Shown here: positions 55,592 to 64,000 of the stretch, in pieces
How positions within the stretch are numbered: position 1 is the stretch's first letter
How the letters are laid out: each line of letters begins with the position of its first letter
IMG/VR virus record: IMGVR_UViG_3300027804_000039
Span: 1 to 64,000 of that record
Length of the DNA stretch: 64,000 nucleotides
Direction: 5' to 3' (one strand)
Source: a virus
Made by a program: the position numbers and the translations under genes
Notes under the pieces: generated by a model
Seen by the model: only the letters and a program-made list of their open reading frames with translations
Database searches by the model: none
What the model was told of the DNA's origin: nothing

Positions 55592-56596
55592 CTAGGGCGA
55601 ATTCTTTTCTATTAAATTATCTCTAAAGATTTCCCAGGCACGTTCCCAAGTCCAACGATTGCTGCCTTCCCAAACTCTTTGTCTGTTCAACATCAGTGCA
55701 TCTTTGACTGCTTGTTTTAACTCGTCATTCATACAACCTGTAATGCCTTCGTCAACTACGTCTAATGGACCTTGACACGGATAAGCCGCAACTGGTGTGC
55801 CACAAGCCATAGCTTCTATCATAACAAGACCAAATGTTTCCCATCGGCTAGGAAATACAAATGCATCCGCTAGATTATAATAGTAGGCCAATTCAGCACC
55901 AGTTTTAAAACCTACAAATTCTACCTTAGGGTATTGTGCTTTGTATTCTTCTAGCATGGGCCCTCCGCCGACCATAATCTTTTTTGCTCCCGGATAATCT
56001 AATTCAAAAAAATCTTCTAAATTCTTTTCTTTACTAACACGACTAACACATACTAATGTGAGTTGTGTATTTCTACGATGCTGTCTTGGATAAAATACAT
56101 CACGGTCAACACCGCGAGTCCATGGAATAACATCACCATCAAATCCATGATCTCTTAACTCCTTAACCATCGTATCTGTAGTGGTCAATACTTTACCACT
56201 ATGCTTGTGGAACCATCTAACTAGAGGCCAAGTGAGACTCTCAGGTATTCCAAATAGGGCTCTAAGTCCTTCAGGGAACTTAGTATGATAAGCAGTATTG
56301 TACCTAAGATTATGTTTTGAAAGATATTTTCTAGCAGACAGACCAATAGGACCCTCTGTGGCGATGTGGATATAATCCGGACTGATCTCCTCAATCTTCT
56401 GGCCCATCTTCCTTGGATAGGCAATCTTGACTTCGTTGTAGCCAGGACAATCAAAGTAGCGGAAGTCCCCGGGAGTAATGTAAACAACGCGATAACCATC
56501 CAGAAGCGCCATAGCCTCAATGTTTTTATAGGTCGTAACCACGCCATTAATTTGCTCCGGTAAGTTGTCTGTAACTATTAAGATTGTTTTTTGCAT
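55592..56596 (-). CDS. GT4 glycosyltransferase (Agt-like glycolipid synthase)
   Basis: NGVV, HIATEGPIG, TAYHTKFPE, RVSKEKN, FPSRWETFGLVMIEAMACG. Confidence 0.88.
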   Translation of the reverse strand: MQKTILIVTDNLPEQINGVVTTYKNIEAMALLDGYRVVYITPGDFRYFDCPGYNEVKIAYPRKMGQKIEEISPDYIHIATEGPIGLSARKYLSKHNLRYNTAYHTKFPEGLRALFGIPESLTWPLVRWFHKHSGKVLTTTDTMVKELRDHGFDGDVIPWTRGVDRDVFYPRQHRRNTQLTLVCVSRVSKEKNLEDFFELDYPGAKKIMVGGGPMLEEYKAQYPKVEFVGFKTGAELAYYYNLADAFVFPSRWETFGLVMIEAMACGTPVAAYPCQGPLDVVDEGITGCMNDELKQAVKDALMLNRQRVWEGSNRWTWERAWEIFRDNLIEKNSP

Positions 56597-56617
56597 TCTG
56601 CTATTACCTTGAATGAA

Positions 56618-57502
56618 TCAAATTTTAACCAGCTCTTTATCGTTGTCCGTGCTCGTTCGCACTCCATCTGTGTTGGAAATTCCAAGGTCACTCTGCCTGG
56701 TATGTCCTTTGGATCGTTTACGTGTATTGCCAGTATTATCAGTATCCACATTATCGCTCTCCTTGGTCCAAGTTACAATTTCCCAGCGACCATCGTGATG
56801 TTCTACAAGTGCTGTACAACTTTCGACCCAGTCGCCGTCATTCATGTAGACAACGCCGTCTATTTCTTTTATTTCTGCATGATGTATGTGTCCACATATA
56901 ACACCATCAAAGCCGCGCTTTTTACAGTATGCGGCAAGATTTTTTTCAAATTGGAACATGAAGTCTACAGCTTTCTTAACTCTATGTTTAAGATACTTAC
57001 TGAGACTCCAGTAACCAAAACCTAACTTGTGTCTAATCCAATTAAACTTGCCGTTGAGCATGAGCACAAAGTCATAGGCTTTGTCACCTAAAAAAGTTAA
57101 CCAAGGTGCCAGTCTAGTAATGCCGTCAAACAAGTCGCCATGCACTACAAGATAGTGTTTGCCATCTGCACCTATGTGTTCTATTTGATTGTGTATTTCT
57201 ACTAGACCAAAACTGAAACCATACGGTATCATTGGTCTTAGGAATTCATCGTGATTGCCTGCTATGAATACAACACGGGTGCCGCGTTTGGCATGCCCTA
57301 GTACACGACGCACAACGTTAGTATGACTTTGTTTCCAGCGCCATTTGTTTTGTTGTATTTTCCAAGCGTCAATGATATCACCTACGAGATAAAGAGTGTC
57401 GCAAGTGTTGTGTTTGAGAAAATTATTGAGCTGTTCCGCCTTACAGTCTTTTGTACCTAAGTGGACGTCACTCACAAAAATACTGCGATAAGTTTTTTGC
57501 AT
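56618..57502 (-). CDS. PlcP/LpxH-like metallophosphoesterase (phospholipase C-like)
   Basis: SDVHLG, GDIID, GNHDE, HGD, GHIH, GDWVES; adjacent to the GT4 gene. Confidence 0.85.
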   Translation of the reverse strand: MQKTYRSIFVSDVHLGTKDCKAEQLNNFLKHNTCDTLYLVGDIIDAWKIQQNKWRWKQSHTNVVRRVLGHAKRGTRVVFIAGNHDEFLRPMIPYGFSFGLVEIHNQIEHIGADGKHYLVVHGDLFDGITRLAPWLTFLGDKAYDFVLMLNGKFNWIRHKLGFGYWSLSKYLKHRVKKAVDFMFQFEKNLAAYCKKRGFDGVICGHIHHAEIKEIDGVVYMNDGDWVESCTALVEHHDGRWEIVTWTKESDNVDTDNTGNTRKRSKGHTRQSDLGISNTDGVRTSTDNDKELVKI

Positions 57503-57546
57503 AGCAATATTTATCGCAGTATAGTGTGTGTAATATTACAGTTCGA

Positions 57547-57705
57547 TTAAATCTGAACTACGGTCCAACGGTGTGTAAAATGCTTACCTTCGGCCTTGCG
57601 TTTCAAGATTTTTTGGAACTCAATTTGTTTAAGTTCTGCCATCTTCTTGGCGTCGTGGTCGACGCAAGCACGATACAGTTGAACTAGAAGTTTCTTCTGT
57701 TTCAT
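57547..57705 (-). CDS. small hypothetical protein
   Basis: AGGAG SD before MKQKKLL. Confidence 0.5.
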   Translation of the reverse strand: MKQKKLLVQLYRACVDHDAKKMAELKQIEFQKILKRKAEGKHFTHRWTVVQI

Positions 57706-57728
57706 GATTGTGTCCTCCTGAAAAATAT

Positions 57729-58517
57729 TTATGCAAAGATTTCTAAAGCTGTCCCACACTCGACACAAAACTTAGAATGAGCTTTATTTTGCTTGCCACA
57801 AGTTACACACTTTGGTTTATGTTGTACTGTGACTGGTTTAGTAACAGGTTTATTGTTGCCTAAGTCTCCAACAAGTTTCAACACAATGTTGTGTACTGTA
57901 GATTCTAGTGCGCCAACAGTTGTAGTTTGAAAACTTTGTGTTGACTTACTACCAGGAACAGTAATGCCAACTTCGTTTTGAAAACTAGCACCACTTGCTG
58001 TTACTTTAAAATTATCTGTGGATACAGAGTTAAGTGAAGCAGAGCAAGTAACTGATCCCTGTGGCCAGGCGACGTCAGATGCGCTACCACTAACACCTCG
58101 CATTACGTTACTTCCGTAAATTGGTTGATTCCAAAGTGTTTGTGAAATGTTAATGATAGGACTTGGAATTTCAAATTGGTATTCAATGCGAACAAGTCCG
58201 TCTTCTAATTTGATGCCGCGTGGGCCGTCTTCAATAGCACCGGTACGTTCAATAAATTTGAACTTGTTGCCTTCAGATAAGTTGCCGTTCTTAATCCAAC
58301 GCTCTAAGTCGATAGTCCGACCCGGGTCAATGACCAATCCGCCAGGAACGGCATTCTCGCCATCAATGTAAACATTTACGACAGCTCGAACTGTATTTAG
58401 GTTCTTGAGTAAAATGCTATATTCGCTTGCAAATGGAATATAGACTGTGTCTTTGAATTCACGAAGAATTTTGCCTTTTGATTTGATAGAGGCTACTAAC
58501 TTTTGATTAAACATCAT
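57729..58517 (-). CDS. hypothetical protein with C-terminal zinc ribbon
   Basis: CVTCG...FCVECG. Confidence 0.65.
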   Translation of the reverse strand: MMFNQKLVASIKSKGKILREFKDTVYIPFASEYSILLKNLNTVRAVVNVYIDGENAVPGGLVIDPGRTIDLERWIKNGNLSEGNKFKFIERTGAIEDGPRGIKLEDGLVRIEYQFEIPSPIINISQTLWNQPIYGSNVMRGVSGSASDVAWPQGSVTCSASLNSVSTDNFKVTASGASFQNEVGITVPGSKSTQSFQTTTVGALESTVHNIVLKLVGDLGNNKPVTKPVTVQHKPKCVTCGKQNKAHSKFCVECGTALEIFA

Positions 58518-58593
58518 GGTTCTTCCTTTTTACGGTACACACTCTAAGTACCTAGTAATTTAAAGAGTGTTAGTGTAGGACCATCCTACAAAA

Positions 58594-58818
58594 TTATTTA
58601 GTTTCTTTGTCTAGCGTTGGAGCAACTTTAGACATTTCTTCGGGTGTTGCAAATCGCTGCGGCTCTTGTGCCCAGTGTGGCATCCATGACCAGCCCCAAG
58701 ATTTCCAATACTTGGCAACAAGATTATTAGCAATAAGAACTCCTCCGAGAATTACTAAGAACCCTATAACTGTTAAAATACTACCTGCTAGAAATACTGC
58801 TGCTTGATCCATGTCCAT
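58594..58818 (-). CDS. small membrane protein
   Basis: One TM segment. Confidence 0.55.
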   Translation of the reverse strand: MDMDQAAVFLAGSILTVIGFLVILGGVLIANNLVAKYWKSWGWSWMPHWAQEPQRFATPEEMSKVAPTLDKETK

Positions 58819-58840
58819 GTGTGTAACGCTTTCTTAAAAG

Positions 58841-58916
58841 TGGTGCGCTGAGTGGGAATCGAACCCACGCATCTGGAGTTTTAGAGGCTCCCGCTGTTCC
58901 ATTTAGCTATCAGCGC
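58841..58916 (-). tRNA. tRNA with CTA anticodon (amber suppressor candidate)
   Basis: GGAGC-CTCTAAA-ACTCC, acceptor GCGCTGA/TCAGCGC-ACCA. Confidence 0.7.
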
Positions 58917-58936
58917 ATTCGTGAATTATACTTAAT

Positions 58937-58961
58937 AAAAAAGGGCCCGTCAAGGCCCTTT
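58937..58961 (-). terminator. intrinsic terminator
   Basis: AAAGGGC/GCCCTTT hairpin plus T run. Confidence 0.7.
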
Positions 58962-58978
58962 GAATGAATCTAAATATA

Positions 58979-59428
58979 TTAGAATCGATATTTTGCGCCA
59001 ACAGTAACGCGATTACCGTCAAATTGATCTACTCGATCTTGACCATATTGACGATCAACTGCTAGTCCAATACTTACTTGTTTAGTGACTGGAACAGATG
59101 CACCAACACCAACAGTTGCGGCATAGCCGTTGCTGCCGGTTTGGTTATCTAGGTATGCAACACCTAAACGTGGAGCAACAGTAACAGAACCTAGTTTGGC
59201 TACATCATAGCCTGCAACTAGACTGTAACGATCTTGATCATTACTACCAACAGTAGAACGCTCAAAGCCTGCGGTAGCATTTAGCTTACCAAAAGACTGT
59301 CCAAGGGTAATACCACCGAAGTTACGATTGTCGCCACTGTAATCACGAGTTGCAGTAACTCCGACTTCGACGGCAGAAGCTGCGGTTGCAGCCAAAGCGA
59401 TTGCTGTTGCTAAAACGATTTTTTTCAT
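58979..59428 (-). CDS. outer-membrane beta-barrel protein
   Basis: Signal peptide, alternating beta pattern, C-terminal KYRF. Confidence 0.8.
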   Translation of the reverse strand: MKKIVLATAIALAATAASAVEVGVTATRDYSGDNRNFGGITLGQSFGKLNATAGFERSTVGSNDQDRYSLVAGYDVAKLGSVTVAPRLGVAYLDNQTGSNGYAATVGVGASVPVTKQVSIGLAVDRQYGQDRVDQFDGNRVTVGAKYRF

Positions 59429-59546
59429 ACTAAATTTTTCCTTATGTGTTTCACTGTGTGTGATGTCTTTCTATATATCTACGAAAAACACACAGCTTAG
59501 AGTATTATATATTCACGTAAACCATGAGAGCAAATTTTTTTACTCC

Positions 59547-59574
59547 AAAAAAATAGCACCCGAAGGTGCTATTT
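59547..59574 (-). terminator. terminator after the tmRNA coding piece
   Basis: AAATAGCACC-TTCG-GGTGCTATTT plus T run. Confidence 0.75.
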
Positions 59575-59579
59575 GTTAT

Positions 59580-59925
59580 TTTGGGTGACAAGGTATAACT
59601 ACCCCGGTTCCGCTGTTTCTTAGGCAGCTAAAGCAAACTTGCTGTCGTTGACAGCTACGTCTACTTCGTAGAACTTAAATGCTGATTTTGCATTTATAAG
59701 TTTTGCTTGATTTACGGTCATCGCCTACCGTGTTGCCGTCTCTACTATCTACCCCTGTCGAAACCATGGCAGGCCCATCATAAAATGACTAGGAAAACTA
59801 TAGCAACTGCGATAAATCCAACTAGTGTACTATATCCAGTGTCCATACTAATCTCCTTATGGTGGACCTGGCGGGAGTCGAACCCGCGTCCAGAAGTCCT
59901 TCGCTTTGAAGGGATTACAACAATT
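59580..59925 (-). ncRNA. ssrA: circularly permuted (two-piece) tmRNA
   Basis: Acceptor piece with T arm and CAGGUCC-ACCA (ending 59860) precedes the GGGCCUG..GUUUCGAC 5' end (59776); G3-U70; tag AKSAFKFYEVDVAVNDSKFALAA* at 59620-59691; outer ends approximate. Confidence 0.88.
59778..59846 (-). CDS. 22-aa hydrophobic micropeptide in the tmRNA intervening segment
   Basis: AAGGAG SD, MDTGYSTLVGFIAVAIVFLVIL*. Confidence 0.55.
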   Translation of the reverse strand: MDTGYSTLVGFIAVAIVFLVIL

Positions 59926-59927
59926 CT

Positions 59928-60011
59928 TTACTTACTATTGCGTCTTCTAGTAGCTTTAGCTCTAGAAGCTGCTTTCGTACGTGCCGCACGGGCTCTTACT
60001 AATCTTCCCAT
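59928..60011 (-). CDS. 27-aa Arg/Ala/Lys-rich peptide
   Basis: GGAG SD, MGRLVRARAARTKAASRAKATRRRNSK*. Confidence 0.55.
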   Translation of the reverse strand: MGRLVRARAARTKAASRAKATRRRNSK

Positions 60012-60012
60012 A

Positions 60013-60123
60013 TTAATCTCCGTCTGGAAACTTATCGTGCCAGTCCATGATCCACCAAACGGCGTATCCTACAACTGCTACAACGATTAGCCAAAATAAT
60101 ATTGCCATACTGTATTTAAACAT
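60013..60123 (-). CDS. 36-aa membrane peptide
   Basis: MFKYSMAILFWLIVVAVVGYAVWWIMDWHDKFPDGD*. Confidence 0.45.
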   Translation of the reverse strand: MFKYSMAILFWLIVVAVVGYAVWWIMDWHDKFPDGD

Positions 60124-60156
60124 TTCTAGCCCATATAGTCAAATATTTAGGCTAGA

Positions 60157-60164
60157 TATAAATA
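60157..60164 (+). promoter_or_regulatory. T4-like late promoter motif
   Basis: TATAAATA upstream of 60193. Confidence 0.5.
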
Positions 60165-60192
60165 CTTTTGTCAATAAACGGGGGCGAATCGT

Positions 60193-60474
60193 ATGAGTGA
60201 CATATTTAAACTTATTGGGGATCTTGGGTTTCCCATAGCTGTAGCACTTTCGGGCGGATATTTCGTCTATCTAACAATCAAACTACTATTACAGGGCGTA
60301 CTGGGCTCAATTAACGGTATGAAGGGTATTATTATTGCCCTTGATAATCGTGTTAAAACCATGAACCACGATGTTGTACGTATTGACACAATCGTAAGTA
60401 ATGCATTGGGTTTAAAGCCCGATGTAGACCGGATTGCTAGAGCGGATGGAAAAACTGATGCAAGAAGAGACTAA
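60193..60474 (+). CDS. membrane protein, paralog of 61101..61478
   Basis: GFPIAVA..G, ALDNRVKTMNHDVVR. Confidence 0.65.
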   Translation: MSDIFKLIGDLGFPIAVALSGGYFVYLTIKLLLQGVLGSINGMKGIIIALDNRVKTMNHDVVRIDTIVSNALGLKPDVDRIARADGKTDARRD

Positions 60475-60628
60475 AATTTCAGAAATTGAATTGGCGATGT
60501 TAGATCAAGATGTGATTGATCTACACAATATTGCTAGAAGAATTGAACTATACGTTGGGCACGGGCAACTAAGCTCTGATCTTAGAAATGTTGCCGACCG
60601 CCTGCACAGTATATTAAAAAGGTATTGA
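60434..60628 (+). CDS. hypothetical protein
   Basis: Operonic; likely start at 60458. Confidence 0.45.
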   Translation: MLERMEKLMQEETKISEIELAMLDQDVIDLHNIARRIELYVGHGQLSSDLRNVADRLHSILKRY

Positions 60629-60828
60629 TAATGTTGTACATAGACTACAACTGGGATTGCAGCCCTCGCGGGATTATCCTAGACGAAGAATTTAATAGTG
60701 ATAAGTTAGGCTGGAAAGGTGGAGATCTTTTTAAATTTATAAATGTCAACGGTAGACAAATGTTAGTTAAAGTAGATCCAGTTGAGGCATTTGCCAAAGG
60801 ACACAAAGTAAATGTTCAAGAAGAATAA
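60625..60828 (+). CDS. hypothetical protein
   Basis: 67 aa. Confidence 0.5.
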   Translation: MIMLYIDYNWDCSPRGIILDEEFNSDKLGWKGGDLFKFINVNGRQMLVKVDPVEAFAKGHKVNVQEE

Positions 60829-61100
60829 ATGGGACGTATGGTATGATGCTCAACCAGAGCACATTAAACGATGGATGGATCAGGATAATCCAATATGGTA
60901 TGATCGTGACATGTGGAAAGCATTTGCAGTTGGCTTATTCTTTGGAGTATTAATTGGACTTGCTATTTGAGTCTTTCATGGTGTTTTATCTTTTAGAATG
61001 TTTGGTATTGATATCAGCATTTGTTTATTACTACCATGAGCCTAAGAAAGAAGAGAAAAAAGTATGGGACCCGTGGGGTATTTGGAAGGAGACAAAATAA

Positions 61101-61478
61101 ATGGATGTAGTAGACTTAATTAACAAGTATGGTTTTCCTATAGTAATGGCTGTTGGATTAGGCTATATTATTAAGTATGTATGGGAATGGGCTACTAAAG
61201 AAGTAAAACCTGTTATCAGTGAGGCCAACACAGTTTTAGTTGCACTGATAGATCGTATTCGTATGCTAGACAATGATTTGATTCGTTTGAATCAAAAAGT
61301 CAACACAGTATTACACTTACGTGGTAAAATGATTGAAAGTGATCGTGTTATGGAAACAGTTAAAGTTGAACGCGAAGCTGCAAAACAATTTGATAAAGCT
61401 GTTCGCATGGACGATCCTAAACCTGCAAAGAAAGAAAAATCAAGCGACGATAAAGAAGCTGCCGGCGGCAGTAGTTAA
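61101..61478 (+). CDS. membrane protein, paralog of 60193..60474
   Basis: YGFPIVMAVG, ALIDRIRMLDNDLIR. Confidence 0.65.
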   Translation: MDVVDLINKYGFPIVMAVGLGYIIKYVWEWATKEVKPVISEANTVLVALIDRIRMLDNDLIRLNQKVNTVLHLRGKMIESDRVMETVKVEREAAKQFDKAVRMDDPKPAKKEKSSDDKEAAGGSS

Positions 61479-61481
61479 GAA

Positions 61482-61570
61482 TTCACCTTAGGACCTTTGT
61501 AGTTAGGTGATGGGCGGCCACTGCCCGGGAGCTCCACGATTCGCTACCGTATCTCCCAAAAGTGGCATTT
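61482..61570 (+). ncRNA. candidate cis-regulatory structured RNA with pseudoknot
   Basis: Three hairpins; loop GCCACU pairs with downstream AGUGGC; 5' of a desaturase. Confidence 0.45.
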
Positions 61571-62320
61571 TTACGGATAAATATATGTTCACAGACACAG
61601 TTTATCGGAGAATATATGTTTACAATCTTAATCACCTTGGTAATGGTGCAAATTACCATAGCGTGTGTTACTCTATACTTACATAGAAGTCAAGCACACA
61701 GAGCAGTAACATTTCATCCTGTAGTTGCTCACTTTATGAGACTATGGTTGTGGTTAACAACTGGCATGAACACCAAGGAGTGGGTCGCTGTTCATCGCAA
61801 ACACCATCAAGCAAGCGACACTTTACACGATCCCCATAGTCCGCAAATATATGGAATTTGGACTGTATTGTTTAGTGGAGCATTTCTATATGTACAGGCA
61901 AAGAAAGATCCAGAAGTAATGAAGTTAGGAATAGGCACCCCTGACGACTGGATTGAAAATAAAGTTTATACACCCCACCCCTTTGCAGGAATTCTTTTAA
62001 TGCTGGTTATTGACCTATTGTTCTTTGGTCCTGTTGGGTTTATAGTGTGGGGTGTTCAGATGTTGTGGATTCCGTTTTGGGCGGCAGGTGTGGTTAATGG
62101 ACTAGCTCATTGGTGGGGATATCGAAACTATGATGTTGCAGATACAAGTCGTAATTTAACACCAATTGCTATTTGGATTGGCGGCGAGGAACTGCATAAT
62201 AATCATCACGGAGAAGGAGCCAGTGCCAAGTTTAGTAAAAAGTCCTGGGAGTTTGATATAGGTTGGTTTTATATTAAGATACTAGAAAAATTTAATCTAG
62301 CAACTGTTAGGAGTTCGTAG
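61562..62320 (+). CDS. acyl-CoA/fatty-acid desaturase (DesA-like)
   Basis: HRSQAH, HRKHH, HNNHH, WEFDIGW; likely start 61616 after GGAG. Confidence 0.92.
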   Translation: MAFLRINICSQTQFIGEYMFTILITLVMVQITIACVTLYLHRSQAHRAVTFHPVVAHFMRLWLWLTTGMNTKEWVAVHRKHHQASDTLHDPHSPQIYGIWTVLFSGAFLYVQAKKDPEVMKLGIGTPDDWIENKVYTPHPFAGILLMLVIDLLFFGPVGFIVWGVQMLWIPFWAAGVVNGLAHWWGYRNYDVADTSRNLTPIAIWIGGEELHNNHHGEGASAKFSKKSWEFDIGWFYIKILEKFNLATVRSS

Positions 62321-63026
62321 CAAGATAAAATGCTTCTGGAATACGTGTTTTAGTATTCTTACTATTCAATAGGACAACAATACGTTGTCCTATTTTTGTA
62401 TTCACTAGCATAACAATGCAACCACCGCTGGCCCTAATCCATCCTGTTTTGCTTACTACAAAATCATGTGTTGCAACCAGCGGATTAGTATTCTTAAACA
62501 CAAGAGTCTTTTTCTTCTGGTGTATCTTAACTTCGCTCATATTACTAGCTTGAACAATTTCTGGATAATGTTCTGCAGCACGTACTAATTTTATCAAATC
62601 ATAAGCAGTACTAGAGTTCATTACGCCCAATCCTGTTGGATCAGTAAAGTAACTGCTGATCATTCCTAATGATTTTGCCTTGGCATTCATTGCTGAAACA
62701 CAACCGTTTCTACCAGTCGGAAAGTTTCTACACAACAACTCAGATGCATGGTTATCAGAATGAACTATAGCTAATTGTATTAGTTCTCTTCTAGAATAAG
62801 GTTTAATAAATTCGTCTAAGTCTTGTCTAGCATCTAAGACAACCATAACTGTCATTAGTTTGGTTATACTGGCAATGCTACGTTGTTGATACATGTTCTC
62901 ACTTTGAATAACATGTCCGTCGGCATCTGCTACCAACCAACTAGTAGCAGTTATTTTTTCTGCCATTGCCAAAGAAGACAAAGACACCAACAGCATAGAA
63001 ATTATACATTTAATCATTATTGACAA
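62307..63026 (-). CDS. D-Ala-D-Ala carboxypeptidase / PBP7-like (peptidase S11)
   Basis: ASITKLM (SxxK), SDN, KTG. Confidence 0.9.
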   Translation of the reverse strand: MSIMIKCIISMLLVSLSSLAMAEKITATSWLVADADGHVIQSENMYQQRSIASITKLMTVMVVLDARQDLDEFIKPYSRRELIQLAIVHSDNHASELLCRNFPTGRNGCVSAMNAKAKSLGMISSYFTDPTGLGVMNSSTAYDLIKLVRAAEHYPEIVQASNMSEVKIHQKKKTLVFKNTNPLVATHDFVVSKTGWIRASGGCIVMLVNTKIGQRIVVLLNSKNTKTRIPEAFYLATNS

Positions 63027-63211
63027 ATACTAAAAGATTTAATACCGTTAAGGCTAAACTTTTTCAAATAATCTTGCATCTCGTCGTTGTAACCAATTAG
63101 TTTAGCCGGATACATAAATTTGTATTGTAGCATAAGCCATACAGAATAGTCAATCCACCAATCAACCGGAGTATAAATCATTTTTCGTGTGCGACAAATT
63201 CGCCGTTCCAA
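63017..63211 (-). CDS. hypothetical protein
   Basis: Likely start at MIYTPVDWW. Confidence 0.4.
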   Translation of the reverse strand: MERRICRTRKMIYTPVDWWIDYSVWLMLQYKFMYPAKLIGYNDEMQDYLKKFSLNGIKSFSICQ

Positions 63212-63957
63212 TTATCTGGTAAGTCTTGTTGCTTCATGAACTCACAACGTTCAATCCAGATTTTGTAGTACTTGTCCATTTGTCCACCAAAAGTTCCTTT
63301 TAGCTCTCCACATAGAATTGCGGCTGCATCAAATTGTTTGGCTCGATACAATTCTTGCATTGTATTGTAACGCTTTAAGTCTCCTGACCAATCGGCACCG
63401 TTAGGACGCAATGCTGTATAGATTAAGTCTGCTACAGACTTTCCTTTTGGTTGTAAGTTGTCAATGCACAAGTAGAAGAAATCGTCTTTAGTTCTGTTGT
63501 ATGTTTCAGCACCAATGATACATAATACACCGTATGCTTTACAACGTGCTTCTAGTCGCGCGGCTGTTGAAACCATATCACCTAATATGTCATAACTATG
63601 TCTATCAGTGCTTCCCATTTCGCCAATAAAGCCAATACCTGTATTACAACCCCAACCCATTGCAGCCGGTGGTAAACCCTGTGCTTCCATTTCTTTTGTG
63701 TAAGCATCAACAGCATCTAACATCTGTAAACCAACAGCAACAATAGTACGAGCATGATTAGGATCTTCAATAGGAGCACCATGTATGTGCATACTTGCAT
63801 CGCCTACGTACTTAATAACCATACCCTTGTTGTCCATGATAGGACGACTAATAGCATCCATATAGCCGTTCATATACTTGCCTAATCCGGCAACGTCATC
63901 TCCGTAGTGTTCACCGATTGGTGTAAATCCACGTAAGTCACTAAACATAACTGACAC
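63178..63957 (-). CDS. class III adenylate/guanylate cyclase (N-terminus beyond the window)
   Basis: MFSDLRGFT, KYVGDA, GEMGS...YDILGDMVSTAARLE; frame stays open to 64000. Confidence 0.9.
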   Translation of the reverse strand: MSVMFSDLRGFTPIGEHYGDDVAGLGKYMNGYMDAISRPIMDNKGMVIKYVGDASMHIHGAPIEDPNHARTIVAVGLQMLDAVDAYTKEMEAQGLPPAAMGWGCNTGIGFIGEMGSTDRHSYDILGDMVSTAARLEARCKAYGVLCIIGAETYNRTKDDFFYLCIDNLQPKGKSVADLIYTALRPNGADWSGDLKRYNTMQELYRAKQFDAAAILCGELKGTFGGQMDKYYKIWIERCEFMKQQDLPDNWNGEFVAHEK

Positions 63958-64000
63958 ATCTTTTCTTACACCACGCTTAATTAAATCTGGGTCTTTCTGT

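Noticed and set aside
59707-60090. 127-aa plus-strand ORF
   Set aside because: Antisense to the tmRNA and small minus-strand ORFs.

Overview
This window is best read as part of a large lytic dsDNA phage genome. It is AT-rich and gene-dense, reads in the standard code, and carries rIIA/rIIB, a tail-fibre-like gene, sigma70-type early promoters and T4-like TATAAATA late motifs. The host is probably a Gram-negative proteobacterium (inferred from the tmRNA tag, an outer-membrane protein, RpoZ and DksA). Left to right: small phage ORFs with IF-1 and a tRNA-like RNA (1-6.8 kb); a ~24 kb island with 10 radical SAM enzymes, 6 Fe(II)/2OG-type oxygenases, 2 desaturases and a QueC-like ATPase (6.85-31.1 kb); tail fibre, rIIB/rIIA, kinase/phosphatases and a Ro60/TROVE-like gene (31-41 kb); a minus-strand array of 39 tRNA genes covering all 20 amino acids, interleaved with structured ncRNAs (42.7-49.4 kb); and host-derived genes (split HldE, AhpC/AhpD, riboswitch-TerC, PlcP-Agt-like pair, OMP, permuted tmRNA, desaturase, DD-carboxypeptidase, adenylate cyclase). 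The top candidate for a new system is a ribosome-coupled attenuator at the head of the tRNA array: a 52-codon leader containing all 20 amino acids, with mutually exclusive antiterminator and terminator hairpins. It sits with a Ro60 gene and nine co-varying Y-like RNAs, and together these suggest a translation-stress sensing and tRNA-rescue system. All calls were made by eye; no database search or folding program was run.
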